Origin: an uncultured Acidobacteriota bacterium
GTDB taxonomy: Bacteria; Acidobacteriota; Polarisedimenticolia; J045
Direction of reading: 5' to 3'
Assembly: GCA_963702425.1 (NCBI GenBank)
Contig: CAVPCQ010000016.1
Coordinates: forward strand, 1 to 64,000
Length of the DNA: 64,000 bases
In this document: positions 20,292 through 31,469 of the stretch, piece after piece
Numbering within the stretch: the first letter of the stretch is position 1
Layout: each line of letters opens with the position of its first letter
The notes under the pieces: model-generated
Told to the model about the DNA's origin: nothing
Databases searched by the model: none
Seen by the model: the letters and a program-made list of their open reading frames with translations, nothing else
Position numbers and translations under genes: made by a program

Positions 20292-21101
20292 CTACATCCG
20301 GTCTTCGGCCGCGTCGCCCTCCTCGGCGGCGTTGCCGAAGATCGAGAGGCCGGAGATCCCGCGGACTTCCTTGGCGCCCTTGGGGACCGTCAGCAGGAAC
20401 GCGTCGGCAGCCAGCCTGGGATTGACCTGCACCGACGAGAGCGCGAACTCGACGCTGTCCCCTTCGCCCGTGACCAGGCGGATCTGTTTCGGCAGGTCGT
20501 TGCCCCGGTCGATCCACATCCGGATTTCGGAGACCCGCTTTCTCATCCGCCGCGACTCGGGGACGAGGATCAGTTCGTCCGACTCCGGCACCGTGGATGC
20601 GGCGGCGAGCGTTACGGTGAAGTCCTTCAGCAGCGCGTCGGTCCCCTGCCCGATCGCGAACATCCGTCGCAGCCGGGCCTCGCGGCGCTCTACGTCCATC
20701 TTCTCGACCCGATTCCGGGACGGGATCCAACCGATGACGTGTCCGTCGGCCAGGACGTAGGTCCGCTGCTCGGGCTCGCGGTAGTCCCAACGGATCTTTC
20801 CCGGCGATTCGAAGGCGAGTTCGCCGCGCAGGATCTCCGGCTTCTCGAGCACCGCCAGCAGGCGAGTCTCGGTGATCTTGGCCTTGAACGAGGTCACCTG
20901 GCCCTGCGCGCGCTCCATTCGGTCGAGCACGGCACGCACGGCAGGATCGGCCGGCTGCTTCTTCGAGCGCGAGCCGGCTGGCTCCTTCCCGTCGGCGGCG
21001 CCGGCAACGGAGGCGAGGCTCGCAAGCAGGCCGAGCGCGAGCAAACCGGCGGCGGCGCGCCGCACGCGGTTCCGGGGCAGGCGGGGGCGGATCGGGGGCA
21101 T
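20292..21101 (-). CDS. lolA: Outer-membrane lipoprotein carrier protein, LolA family
   Basis: Signal peptide, then FESPGKIRWDY..P, VLADG and VQVNPRLAADAF..TVPKG. Confidence 0.75.
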   Translation of the reverse strand: MPPIRPRLPRNRVRRAAAGLLALGLLASLASVAGAADGKEPAGSRSKKQPADPAVRAVLDRMERAQGQVTSFKAKITETRLLAVLEKPEILRGELAFESPGKIRWDYREPEQRTYVLADGHVIGWIPSRNRVEKMDVERREARLRRMFAIGQGTDALLKDFTVTLAAASTVPESDELILVPESRRMRKRVSEIRMWIDRGNDLPKQIRLVTGEGDSVEFALSSVQVNPRLAADAFLLTVPKGAKEVRGISGLSIFGNAAEEGDAAEDRM

Positions 21102-21215
21102 GGGTTCTCCTGAGGGCCGGAGTCTACCCGCCGCGGTGCCTGCCCGCCGCCCGGCCCCTTGTTCTGCGGGGCCGGATTGGTAGGCTAGGAGGCTTGCTCC
21201 CGGCCGAGGCCCCCC

Positions 21216-21770
21216 GTGACGACGGCTCCGCGCGCCCGCTCCGCCCTGCTCGCCCTGGCGATCGCCTCGCTGGTCGCCTTCCCGGCCGTCGCCGGCGAAC
21301 CCAAGCCGTGGGAGCCCAAGCAGATGGTCGTCGGTACCCTCGCGCTGTCCGACTTCGCGCTGGCCCTGCCGGCGTGGCAGGAGCGCGGGGAGAAGTACGT
21401 TCCCTATCCCGACGTGATCGAGCTGCTCCGCTCCGCGCCGGCGGCCGAGATCGACGTCTTCTTCGGCAGCTGGTGCGGCGACAGCTTCGAGCAGCTGCCG
21501 CTGCTCCTGACCGCGCTGAAAGCGGCCGGCAACCCGGAACTGACCGTGACGCTCATCGGTGTCGACCGCGCCAAGGACGAGCCCCAGGGGCGCGGCAAGG
21601 CAGCCGGCGTCAAGCGCGTGCCGACGATCGTCGTCCGCCGCGGGGGCGAGGAGCTCGGACGGATGATCGAGACGCCGTCCTCGGCCACGATCGACCGCGA
21701 CATCGCGATGATCCTGAACGGCATTCCCCTGCCCCCGAAACCCGGCGCCGACGACGGCGCCAAGAAGTGA
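21216..21770 (+). CDS. Exported thioredoxin-family protein (CxxS)
   Basis: Signal peptide, FFGSWCGDS, VPTIVV and ELGRMIE. Confidence 0.85.
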   Translation: MTTAPRARSALLALAIASLVAFPAVAGEPKPWEPKQMVVGTLALSDFALALPAWQERGEKYVPYPDVIELLRSAPAAEIDVFFGSWCGDSFEQLPLLLTALKAAGNPELTVTLIGVDRAKDEPQGRGKAAGVKRVPTIVVRRGGEELGRMIETPSSATIDRDIAMILNGIPLPPKPGADDGAKK

Positions 21771-21789
21771 GATCGAGGAGATCCCGACG

Positions 21790-22944
<1,155 letters not shown>

Positions 22945-22954
22945 CGGCGCGAGG

Positions 22955-23692
22955 CTATCCGAGCAGGCCGACCGCCCAGCGGGCGAAGCCGAGCCAGGCC
23001 TCGGTCCCCGACAGCCAGAGCCGCAGCGGCTGCGAAACGATCAGCAGGAGACCGCCCCAGAGGGTGACCGGGTGCAGCCGGCGGCGCGTGACGAGGTCCC
23101 AGGTCACGATCGGTACCAGGAAGAGGTCCGTGAAGCCAAAGAACGCGGGCGGCCCGACCGACATGATCGCGAACGGCCAGCGTGCGATGGCGGCGGTGAT
23201 GATCTCGATCGAACCGACGAGCATCAGCCGCTTGTGCGACTGCACATCGCGGCGCCACGCGAGCGCCAGGCCGACGAACAGCGCGAACAGCAGCATGTCG
23301 AGCAGCGGGATCGCCAGGAACTCCAGCGGCGGGATGGCGATCCCCACGAAGCCGGTGGGGCGACGCGCAGCGATCAGCGCTCCCACGGTCCCCAGCGCGA
23401 CCATCACGAGCGCGAGCACACCGCCGCAGGCCCCGAGCCGGCGGTGCAGGGCGGTTCGTCCGGTCGAGACGAGCGCAGCCTGGACGACCAGCAGCACGAA
23501 CCAGGCCGTGAATACGGCGCCGTGGAGCAGGAAGAACCGTTCGGGGGGAACCGGTCGATCGGGGAACCAAGGGCGCAGGAAGAAGCTCGGCGCGAACCCG
23601 AGGAGGACGGCCGCGAGGATCGCCAGTGACATGCCCAGGTAGAAGCGACGCTCGGCGGTCCCGCGGACCGGCCTGACCGGGCGCGTCTCCAT
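22955..23692 (-). CDS. Hypothetical multi-pass membrane protein
   Basis: About 7 TM segments with HGAVFTAW, LHRRLG, HKRLML and RRLHPVT. GGAGG RBS. Confidence 0.75.
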   Translation of the reverse strand: METRPVRPVRGTAERRFYLGMSLAILAAVLLGFAPSFFLRPWFPDRPVPPERFFLLHGAVFTAWFVLLVVQAALVSTGRTALHRRLGACGGVLALVMVALGTVGALIAARRPTGFVGIAIPPLEFLAIPLLDMLLFALFVGLALAWRRDVQSHKRLMLVGSIEIITAAIARWPFAIMSVGPPAFFGFTDLFLVPIVTWDLVTRRRLHPVTLWGGLLLIVSQPLRLWLSGTEAWLGFARWAVGLLG

Positions 23693-23807
23693 GACGATCG
23701 ACCTCCCGCCGCCGAGTGTACTCCGCGCTGTCGCGTGCGCCCGACGAGCACGCGGAGCGGCCTGACCCGCGTGCGCGAGCGTCTCTGGACGGGTCTTCCG
23801 GCTTCGA

Positions 23808-23813
23808 TATAAT
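23808..23813 (+). promoter_or_regulatory. -10 box TATAAT, leaderless type
   Basis: Perfect TATAAT 6 nt upstream of ATG 23820, with no SD sequence in between. Confidence 0.6.
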
Positions 23814-23819
23814 CGCCCG

Positions 23820-25199
23820 ATGTCCGGCCCGGCAGCGGCGCCCCGTGTGACAGGCGGTTTTCGGCGCGCTCCGGCGTGGGCGCTGGTCCTGTTCGTCTCG
23901 CTGCTGTTCGGGTTCGCCGGCTGCGCCCGCGCACCGGAGAAGCCGGGACCGGGGATCGTGCTCGTGATCCTCGACACCGTGCGGGCCGATCACCTCGCGT
24001 CGTACGGCTACCCGCGGGAGACATCCCCGAACCTCGACCGGCTCGCCGCCGAGGGTGAGCGCTACGAGCACGCGTACTCGCAGTCCCCGTGGACCCTGCC
24101 GGCCGTGGCCACGATCCTGACCGGACAGCCGCCGCACGTCCACCAGGCGAGCCGGGCCTCGAAGGGGCTCCACATGGTGGCGCCGAGCGTGCCGACCCTC
24201 GCGGAGCTCTTCTCGAAGGCCGGCTTCCGGACGGCGGCGGTCATGAACGTCGTCTTCTGCAGCCCCGAGTCGGGGCTCTCGCGCGGCTTCGAAAGCTACG
24301 ATTATTCCCGCAGCGACCGGTCCAACGTCGGCAGCCGCGACGCCCGGGCGACGACGGATGCCGCGCTCGCCTGGCTCGAGCAGGTCCGCGGCGAGCCCTT
24401 CTTCCTGGTCGTGCACTACTTCGACGCCCACCTGACGTACGACCCTCCGGCCCCTTACGACACGATGTTCGAGCCCGACGCGGCGGGCCGAATCGAGAAC
24501 GGGTTCGGAAGCGCGGACCAGGTCCGGCAGATCGCGGACGGCACGCTGCCGCTGACCGACCGGCAGAGGCAGAGCCTCGAGGCGCGCTACGACGGGGAGA
24601 TCCGGTTTCTCGACGACCAGTTCGGTCGGCTGCGCCAGGGACTCGAGAAGCAGGGACTGTGGGCGCGCACGACAGTGCTGGTCGTGGCCGACCACGGCGA
24701 GGAGTTCTGGGACCACGGCAGCTTCGAGCACGGGCACACGCACCACCACGAGTTGATCGAGATTCCGCTGATCCTCCGGCGGCCCGGCACACCGGGCGGC
24801 GTGGTGCGAAGGGAACGCGTGCGGCAGCTCGACATCGCTCCGACGCTCCTCGCGCAGGCCGGTGTCGCCGTGCCGGCCGGGCTGCCGGGGCAGGTCCTCG
24901 GAAGCGCGGGCGCGAAGCTCTCCGTGGCCGAGGGGAGCCTCTGGTCGGGCGATCTGCGCTCCTCCCGCAGCGACCGCGGCACAGCGATCTGGAATCGCGA
25001 CACCGACGCGTGGCAGTACTTCGCACCGGACGATCCGCGCGAGACGAAGAACCTCTGGCCCTCGGGGCCCCCCTCGGAGGACGACGAGGTCGTCCAGCTC
25101 CTGCGCGCCCTGCCGGCGTCGCGTCGCGAGGAGCCGGGCGAATGGCAACCCACGGAGGAGCAGATGGAAGCGCTCCGCTCCCTCGGCTACGCCCGGTGA
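23820..25199 (+). CDS. Sulfatase-like (alkaline phosphatase superfamily) lipoprotein
   Basis: Lipobox FAGC, then LDTVRADH, SPNLD, PWTLPAVATILTG, HYFDAH, YDGEI, ADHGEEF..HG and a C-terminal LRSLGY. Confidence 0.88.
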   Translation: MSGPAAAPRVTGGFRRAPAWALVLFVSLLFGFAGCARAPEKPGPGIVLVILDTVRADHLASYGYPRETSPNLDRLAAEGERYEHAYSQSPWTLPAVATILTGQPPHVHQASRASKGLHMVAPSVPTLAELFSKAGFRTAAVMNVVFCSPESGLSRGFESYDYSRSDRSNVGSRDARATTDAALAWLEQVRGEPFFLVVHYFDAHLTYDPPAPYDTMFEPDAAGRIENGFGSADQVRQIADGTLPLTDRQRQSLEARYDGEIRFLDDQFGRLRQGLEKQGLWARTTVLVVADHGEEFWDHGSFEHGHTHHHELIEIPLILRRPGTPGGVVRRERVRQLDIAPTLLAQAGVAVPAGLPGQVLGSAGAKLSVAEGSLWSGDLRSSRSDRGTAIWNRDTDAWQYFAPDDPRETKNLWPSGPPSEDDEVVQLLRALPASRREEPGEWQPTEEQMEALRSLGYAR

Positions 25200-25203
25200 T
25201 CGA

Positions 25204-27363
25204 GTGACGACCGCAGCGGGTGCGGCCGGGACCCGCCGCTGGGGAGTCGAGTTGTCGGTGATTCTCGCGGCCTGCGCGGTCCTGGCCGTGATGTTCACCG
25301 CCCCCTGGTACCCGAACCGCACCAGCATTCCCACCACCTACCAGGGCAGCGGCGAACTCTACGCGCGGATCGACTCGTCGATGTGGACCTACATGCTGGC
25401 CTGGGGTGCCGGCCACCCGTCGAGTTTCTACGACGCGCGGGTCCTGCTGCCGATGCGGGACCCGCTGGTCGCCAACGATCCGCGGCTGACGGAAGGGCTC
25501 TGGTCGATCCCGCTCTTCCGACTGCTGCCGCCCGTGCTGGCGTGGGGCGTCACCCTCTGGCTCGCGCTGGCCCTGACCGCCGCCGGCTGCTACTACGCCG
25601 GGACGCTCCTGACGGGATCGCGCTGGGGCGGCGCGGCCCTGGCCCTGCTCTTCTCTTTCGGGATGTTCCGCGCCAATCACGTCTGCCACGTCGAGGGGAT
25701 CTTCGCGCCCTTCCTCGCGCTGGCGCTGGCCACGATGGCCCGCTTCCTCGAGGCGCCGGACCGCCGGCGCGCGGTCTGGTTCGCGCTGGCGCTCGCCGCC
25801 GCCGCCGTCGAGTACTCGTACATCGCGGTGCCCCTCGCCCTGACGGTCCCGGTCGCCCTGCTGTGGGGCACGTGGCGGCGGCGGATCGGCTGGTGGCGCG
25901 GCGTGATGCCGCTCCTGCTGTCGGGTCTCGTGATCGCGGTCCTGCTCGCCCCGATCGCACTGAAGTACGCCGCGTTCTCCCGGACCTACGGCGTGAAGCG
26001 GCAGATTGCGCAGGTGGACTGGCGCTGCGCCGACCTCTACGCCTGGGTCACGGGGGCGGCGGGAACGGTCCTGCCCCCGTTCGGCGGGGAGGGAAACGAC
26101 TACTTCGATTCCCACCTCTTCCCGGGCTTCGTCGCGCTGGCCCTCGGCCTCGCGGGGCTGGGCCTGCTCCGGAAGAAGTCGCCCGAGATCGCGCTGGTCG
26201 GGATCCTCGCCTTCGTCCTGTCCTTCGGAACGATGCGCCTCCTGTTCTGGCAGCTGGGTCTGCCGTTCATGGACTTCCCGACGCCTTACGAAGCCCTCTA
26301 CGAGCTGCTCCTGCCGCTCCAGGCGATCCGCGCCCCGGCGCGCTTCGGCGTGCTGACGCACCTCGCGCTGGCCTTCGCCGGGGCCTTCGTCGTGGTCCGG
26401 ATGGCGCGCAGCCCCCGCGGCCGCGTGCTCGCCGTGGCGCTGCTCGCCGCCTCGTTCCTCGAGGCCCGCGCCGGCGTGCACCCGGTGCGGATCCTCCCGG
26501 AGCGCGCCGCCGACCCCGCGTTCCGCTGGCTCGCCGAGCAGCCGGGCGACTTCGCGGTGATGGAAGCGCCGATGGGGCTGCTCACGGTGCGCGAGCAGCA
26601 CCTGGAAGAGGCCGGGACGATGCTGGTGTCGCTCGTTCACGGCCGGCGCACGCCCAACGGCACGGTGGCCGCCAACCTGCGGTGGCACGAGTCGATTGCG
26701 GTCAACACGGCGAATCCGGCGCACGCCGAAGCGAAGCGGGTCCTGCGGGCGCTGGGGGTCCGCTACGTCGTGACCCGGGATGCCGCGACGGCGGAGAGCT
26801 ACCGCCGCGCGGGCTACCGGGCCGTGCAGCAGTCGCCTTCCGGGATCGGCGTGTTCGAGGTCGAGTCGCCGGACGCGGTGCCGCGGGGCCCGCGTGAGGT
26901 CACGCAGCGCCTGGCGAACGACCCCTTCTACGCGGAAAGCCGAGCCGGCGGGAACGGCGACGCCTTCGAGCTGACCGCCCCGGCGGACCTGACCGTGGGG
27001 CCGGGCGCGCGCTTCGACCTGCCGCTGACGATCCGCAACGAGGGACAGAACGCGTGGGCCGGGGACAGCTTCGTCTACGGCCGCGACGACGGGGGGGACG
27101 TCTCGGTCGGGATCCGCCGGTGGCGGAGGGTGGATTCCGGGGCCGCCGAGATCGCCGCCGGGCCCCGCGGTACCCCCCTGAACGCGACCACGTCCCTGTC
27201 GAGCAACCTGCTGCCGGGGGAAAGCGCTCCGGTCACGCTCGCATGCACCGCGCCGATCCGGCCGGGGCGCTACGTGGCGGAGCTGGAAGTGGTGGTCAAG
27301 GGGTCGGGCTCGATGGGCGCTGCGAGGCGGCCGGCGGCTACCGTCAGCGTGCTGGTGAAGTGA
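25204..27363 (+). CDS. Polytopic membrane protein, GT-C/YfhO-like glycosyltransferase, with a C-terminal Ig-like domain
   Basis: Many TM helices, motifs LFPGF, IRAPARF, RRTPNG and LRALGVRYVV, and a C-terminal PGESA.VTL...PGRY..E. Confidence 0.65.
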   Translation: MTTAAGAAGTRRWGVELSVILAACAVLAVMFTAPWYPNRTSIPTTYQGSGELYARIDSSMWTYMLAWGAGHPSSFYDARVLLPMRDPLVANDPRLTEGLWSIPLFRLLPPVLAWGVTLWLALALTAAGCYYAGTLLTGSRWGGAALALLFSFGMFRANHVCHVEGIFAPFLALALATMARFLEAPDRRRAVWFALALAAAAVEYSYIAVPLALTVPVALLWGTWRRRIGWWRGVMPLLLSGLVIAVLLAPIALKYAAFSRTYGVKRQIAQVDWRCADLYAWVTGAAGTVLPPFGGEGNDYFDSHLFPGFVALALGLAGLGLLRKKSPEIALVGILAFVLSFGTMRLLFWQLGLPFMDFPTPYEALYELLLPLQAIRAPARFGVLTHLALAFAGAFVVVRMARSPRGRVLAVALLAASFLEARAGVHPVRILPERAADPAFRWLAEQPGDFAVMEAPMGLLTVREQHLEEAGTMLVSLVHGRRTPNGTVAANLRWHESIAVNTANPAHAEAKRVLRALGVRYVVTRDAATAESYRRAGYRAVQQSPSGIGVFEVESPDAVPRGPREVTQRLANDPFYAESRAGGNGDAFELTAPADLTVGPGARFDLPLTIRNEGQNAWAGDSFVYGRDDGGDVSVGIRRWRRVDSGAAEIAAGPRGTPLNATTSLSSNLLPGESAPVTLACTAPIRPGRYVAELEVVVKGSGSMGAARRPAATVSVLVK

Positions 27364-28627
27364 CGTTCGGACCCAGCAGCGGCTCGATCGCCGCGGCCGG
27401 GTGCCAGACCATCCGCCCGATCGCCGCGCGCTGGGCGCCATCGTCCAGCCGATGCGGGCAGACGTACTCCCAGACGATCTCGCCCGCCGGATCGATCTCG
27501 AACGCCCGCCCCTTGTCGGATTCGGCGATCAGCGTGTTGCCGTTGGGCAGCCGCTGCGCCGACCCCTTGCTGGCCGTGAAGAAGGACTCCGGCGGCGTCG
27601 CCCGGTATTCCCAGACGATCCGACCGGCGAGCGGATCGACCTCGAGCACGCGCGACCAGCCGCGCCCGAGGCCGTTGTCGAAGATGAGGATGTTCCCGCC
27701 CTCGAGCACCTGCGCGTCGTGCGGCCCGGCCAGCTCGTCGCGGCCCCAGGACCAGAGGACTTCGTTCGCGGGCCAGTTGAAGACCGCGATCCGGTTCTGG
27801 TGGCGGAAGGAGACGAGGATGTTGTCGGGCCCGTAGAGGCGGTCGCGCCCGAAGAGCTCCGGCCGGCGCATCCACTCGACCGAGTTGGCATGGAAGAGGT
27901 CGACCCAGAGCGGCCCGTCGACGCGAGACGGCTTCGCCGGCCGGAGGGGAAATGCGTCCGGGTTGCTCCGGACGGCGTCGAGAAAGGAGTGCGACTCGAT
28001 CGGCGTGCCGTCGGGCTCGAGCAGGGTGAGCTGGTCGTCGCGCACATCGAGCTCCGGATTGATCGACGGCTCCCGGCGGGCCTGCATGGTCAGGACCAGC
28101 AGCTTGCCCTGCGGTGTGACCTCGATGTCGTGATGCGCGGGCAGGGCGCGGCTCCAGAGCAGCCGTCCGGACCAGTCGAACCGCAGAACGAAGGCCGGGA
28201 CCGGCCCGGCGACGGCCCCGGTCGCCTGCTGGTCCGCCTGCCCGACGACGAGGAGATCGCCGTTCTCGAGCAGCTCGGCGTGCTGCCATTTCTCGCCCGG
28301 CTGCCGGCGCCAGTCGTGGACGATCTCGCCCTGGACGTCGATCAGGTCGGCCCGGCCCAGCTCGGGCACCTCGTAGAGCCGGTAACCGGGACCGGCGCGC
28401 GCGGGATCGGCGTGCACGACCCCCGTCGGCTCGTCGCGCGCAGCGGGCGAGCCGCCCGCGTAGGGCAGCGAACGCAGGCGCTCGATCTCGGCGTCGTCCG
28501 GGGCCGGGGCCCCTTCGCGCGGGGCCGCTGGCGCGCGCTGCGGGGACTCGCCGCGGCAGCCGCCGAGCGCCGCGGCGAGCAGCGTCAAGCAGACACCGAA
28601 GTGGAGCAGCCGGGAGGTGCGGGCCAT
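27344..28627 (-). CDS. Arylsulfotransferase (ASST) family beta-propeller lipoprotein
   Basis: Lipobox LGGC, then HHDIE, DLFHANSVE, LVSFRH, HDAQVL, IFDNG and GSAQRLPNGNTLI. Confidence 0.87.
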   Translation of the reverse strand: MARTSRLLHFGVCLTLLAAALGGCRGESPQRAPAAPREGAPAPDDAEIERLRSLPYAGGSPAARDEPTGVVHADPARAGPGYRLYEVPELGRADLIDVQGEIVHDWRRQPGEKWQHAELLENGDLLVVGQADQQATGAVAGPVPAFVLRFDWSGRLLWSRALPAHHDIEVTPQGKLLVLTMQARREPSINPELDVRDDQLTLLEPDGTPIESHSFLDAVRSNPDAFPLRPAKPSRVDGPLWVDLFHANSVEWMRRPELFGRDRLYGPDNILVSFRHQNRIAVFNWPANEVLWSWGRDELAGPHDAQVLEGGNILIFDNGLGRGWSRVLEVDPLAGRIVWEYRATPPESFFTASKGSAQRLPNGNTLIAESDKGRAFEIDPAGEIVWEYVCPHRLDDGAQRAAIGRMVWHPAAAIEPLLGPNVTSPAR

Positions 28628-30114
28628 CAGCGGTCGCCGTCGCCCACGCCGCCGCCCAGATACCCCAGCGACCGCAGCCGCCGGAGCGTCTCCTCCTCCT
28701 GGTTCGGCTCGAACTCGGTCGGCAGCGGCTTCCCGGCCGCCGACCAGCTCTCGAGGGCGGTGCGCAGGTCGTTCTCCGGTGCGCCGGGCCGGAGCACCGG
28801 GTCGGCGAGGAGATTCCTCCGCTCGCGGGGGTCCGCGCGCAGGTCGTAGAGCTCCTCGAGCTGGCGATACGGGGTCCGGATGTACTTGGACGACTCGCGG
28901 CGTGCGCAGTTGGCCTTGCGCAGGTTGGCCCACGGCACGCCCTTCTCCACCGCCCCCCAGGGCTTGGTCGCCTCCGCGAACCGGATCCGTGCGTCCGGTC
29001 CGGTGGGGAGATGGGACAGGTCGAGCGCCTCGCCGTCGACTCCCGCGGGCGGCGGCAGTTCGAGATAGCGCAGCAACGTCGGCAGGATGTCGACGCTGGC
29101 GACGAGGGCCGCCGACTGCGTGCCACCCTGCTCGGCGTTCGGGAGGCGGATCAGGCCCACGGCGCGGCTCTCGACCTCGTACACGGTCCACCCGTGCTCG
29201 AAGGCCGGGCCCGGTGCGTCGCCGAGATTCTCGCCGTGATCGCTCGTCACGACGACGATCGCGCGGTCCAGGATTCCGCGCCGCTTCAGGTCGTCGAGCA
29301 GCCGGCCGATCTGCTCGTCCATGTACGAGATCTCGCCCGCGTAGAGGGCGAGGCTCGCCTGGTCCTTCGGCGACCGGTCCCCGGACTGCAGCGCCGGGTG
29401 GCCGGTCATCTCGATCCGCCCGGAACCCGGACCCGCCCCGTACATCGCGTCGTACGGCGGGGGCGGCGAATACGGCAGGTGCGGGTCGAAGTAGTGCACG
29501 AACAGGAACAGGTTGCGGGGGACGCCCCCCTGGTCCAAATAGCGGATGACCGCGTCGGTCACCTCGGCCGCGCTGCGCTGGTTCTGGTCGGCTCCTCCGA
29601 CGCCCATCAGGGTGCTGAAGGTCTCGTCGTAGGCGTCGAAACCGCGGTTGACGCCGAAGCGGCTGTCGAGGGCGAACGAGCCGAGGAAACCCGCGGTCCG
29701 GAAGCCGGCCGTTTGGAGGATCTCCGCCAGCAGGACGTTCTCGGGGTTCACCGTGAAGCCATTGCGCGGCACGCCGTGCGAGTGCGGGTACTTCCCGGTG
29801 AAGAGCGAGACGTGCGAGGCAAGGGTCGTCGTCGCCACCGTCATGTAGTCGAGAAGCTGGATCGACTCGCCCGCCAGGGCGTCGATCCGCGGGGTGCGGA
29901 TCCAGGGGTTCCCGTAGCAGCCGAAGTGGTCCGCGCGCGTCGTATCGAGGGAGATGACGATCACGTGCCGGACCGGGCCCGCGTAGGGGACTGCGGGCGC
30001 GTCGCCCGGCCGGCACGCTGCGGACGCGAGGCTGCCGAGCAGGAGCGCGACAGAGGCCGCGCGCTGAAGCGATCGTCCCGCCCCGAGCCCACCCGAGCGC
30101 ACGGACCTCGTCAT
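28627..30114 (-). CDS. Sulfatase-like lipoprotein (start uncertain, 30114 or 30198)
   Basis: SAAC lipobox-like motif, then ISLDTTRADH, TPRID, TTTLASHVSLFTG, HYFDPH, YAGEI, SDHGE and a C-terminal LRSLGY. Confidence 0.87.
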   Translation of the reverse strand: MTRSVRSGGLGAGRSLQRAASVALLLGSLASAACRPGDAPAVPYAGPVRHVIVISLDTTRADHFGCYGNPWIRTPRIDALAGESIQLLDYMTVATTTLASHVSLFTGKYPHSHGVPRNGFTVNPENVLLAEILQTAGFRTAGFLGSFALDSRFGVNRGFDAYDETFSTLMGVGGADQNQRSAAEVTDAVIRYLDQGGVPRNLFLFVHYFDPHLPYSPPPPYDAMYGAGPGSGRIEMTGHPALQSGDRSPKDQASLALYAGEISYMDEQIGRLLDDLKRRGILDRAIVVVTSDHGENLGDAPGPAFEHGWTVYEVESRAVGLIRLPNAEQGGTQSAALVASVDILPTLLRYLELPPPAGVDGEALDLSHLPTGPDARIRFAEATKPWGAVEKGVPWANLRKANCARRESSKYIRTPYRQLEELYDLRADPRERRNLLADPVLRPGAPENDLRTALESWSAAGKPLPTEFEPNQEEETLRRLRSLGYLGGGVGDGDR

Positions 30115-30232
30115 CCCGATCTCCGAGGGCGACGACCCGGGCCCGTCAGCGGGGACATCGGACGCGCTGCCTGGGCCCTCGACCAGAAGCCAGAACATAC
30201 GCTGAAAGCGGAAGACCTCGCAAGGCGCGACG

Positions 30233-31375
30233 CTAGAGGATCCCGCTCCCGAAGTCGGCCCCGGCCAGGTCGAGCCGCTCGGCGGCGTCGCGGATTCGCC
30301 GCCAGTCTTCGGGCGGCACGCGCAGGAAGGCCTCGACCACCAGCGGGTCGAACTGCGTCCCGGTGAAGTCGATCAGCTCCTGGCGCACCCGCTCGTAGGG
30401 GAGCGCCTTGCGGTACGGGCGGTCGGAGGTCATCGCATCGAGCGAGTCGGCGCAGGCGAAGAGCCGGGCCCCGAGCGGGATCTCCTCCCCCTTCAGGCCG
30501 CGCGGGTAGCCACCGCCGTCGAACCGCTCCTGGTGCGTCAGCACGATCAACGCCGCCTCACGCAGGAACTTGATGTCGCGCAGCATCTCGTAGCCCAGCT
30601 CGGCGTGCTTCTTCATGACGAGCCACTCTTCGCGGTCGAGCTTGCCGGGCTTGCGCAGGATCGCGTCGGGAACCCCGATCTTGCCGACGTCGTGCAGCAG
30701 GGCGCCGCGGCGGATCGCGATCAGCTCGGGCTCGGCGATCCCGAGCTCCTTCGCGAGCCGCTCGGTATAGGCCACCACGCGCAGCGAGTGGCCCTGCGTT
30801 TCGTTGTCGCGCTTGTCGAGCGCGGAGAGCATCGCGACCAGTGTGGCGTCGTAGGCCGCGCGCAGGTCGTCGGACAGCGAGCGGATCTCGGCCATCGCCG
30901 ACAGGACCTCGTGCGTCCGCTCCTCGACCAGCCGCTCGAGGTTGTTCTGATAGGCGTGGTTCTCGAGCACCAGCCGGCGCTTGTCGAGCGCCTGGTCGGT
31001 CCGGGCGCGGACCTCGGCCAGCGAGAACGGTTTGCAGACGTAGTCCGAGGCGCCGTTGAGCATCGCCCCGACCGCGGTCGGGGCGTCGCTGATGCCGGTC
31101 ACCATCACGACCGCGACGTCCGGGTCGGTCGCCTTGATCCAGGCCAGCAGCTCGGTGCCGCGCTCGCCGGGCATGTCGATGTCGCAGAGCACCAGGTCGA
31201 AGCGGCCGCCCGCGCCGAACAGCCCGCGCGCCTCGCCGGCCGAGGCCGCGCCCTCGACGGACAGGCCGCGCCGGCCGAACTCCTGGCGCAGCACGTCACG
31301 CACGTCATCGTCGTCGTCGACCACGAGCACGCGGGCCGGACGGCCCGATGGGAAGAGGCTTTCCACGCGACTCAC
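30233..31375 (-). CDS. Response regulator with an HD-GYP phosphodiesterase output (RpfG-like)
   Basis: REC motifs VLVVDDD, DIDMP and KPF. HD-GYP motifs ETQGHSLRV, LLHDVGKIG, HQERFDGGGYP and SDRPYR. Confidence 0.93.
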   Translation of the reverse strand: MSRVESLFPSGRPARVLVVDDDDDVRDVLRQEFGRRGLSVEGAASAGEARGLFGAGGRFDLVLCDIDMPGERGTELLAWIKATDPDVAVVMVTGISDAPTAVGAMLNGASDYVCKPFSLAEVRARTDQALDKRRLVLENHAYQNNLERLVEERTHEVLSAMAEIRSLSDDLRAAYDATLVAMLSALDKRDNETQGHSLRVVAYTERLAKELGIAEPELIAIRRGALLHDVGKIGVPDAILRKPGKLDREEWLVMKKHAELGYEMLRDIKFLREAALIVLTHQERFDGGGYPRGLKGEEIPLGARLFACADSLDAMTSDRPYRKALPYERVRQELIDFTGTQFDPLVVEAFLRVPPEDWRRIRDAAERLDLAGADFGSGIL

Positions 31376-31469
31376 CTTACCGTCCCGGCCCTGGCAGGAA
31401 TATAGGGCCTCGCCGGTCCGGCGGCCCCTGTGAAGCGCCGCCGGGCGCGGCGAATCGTGGCCTTCCCGC

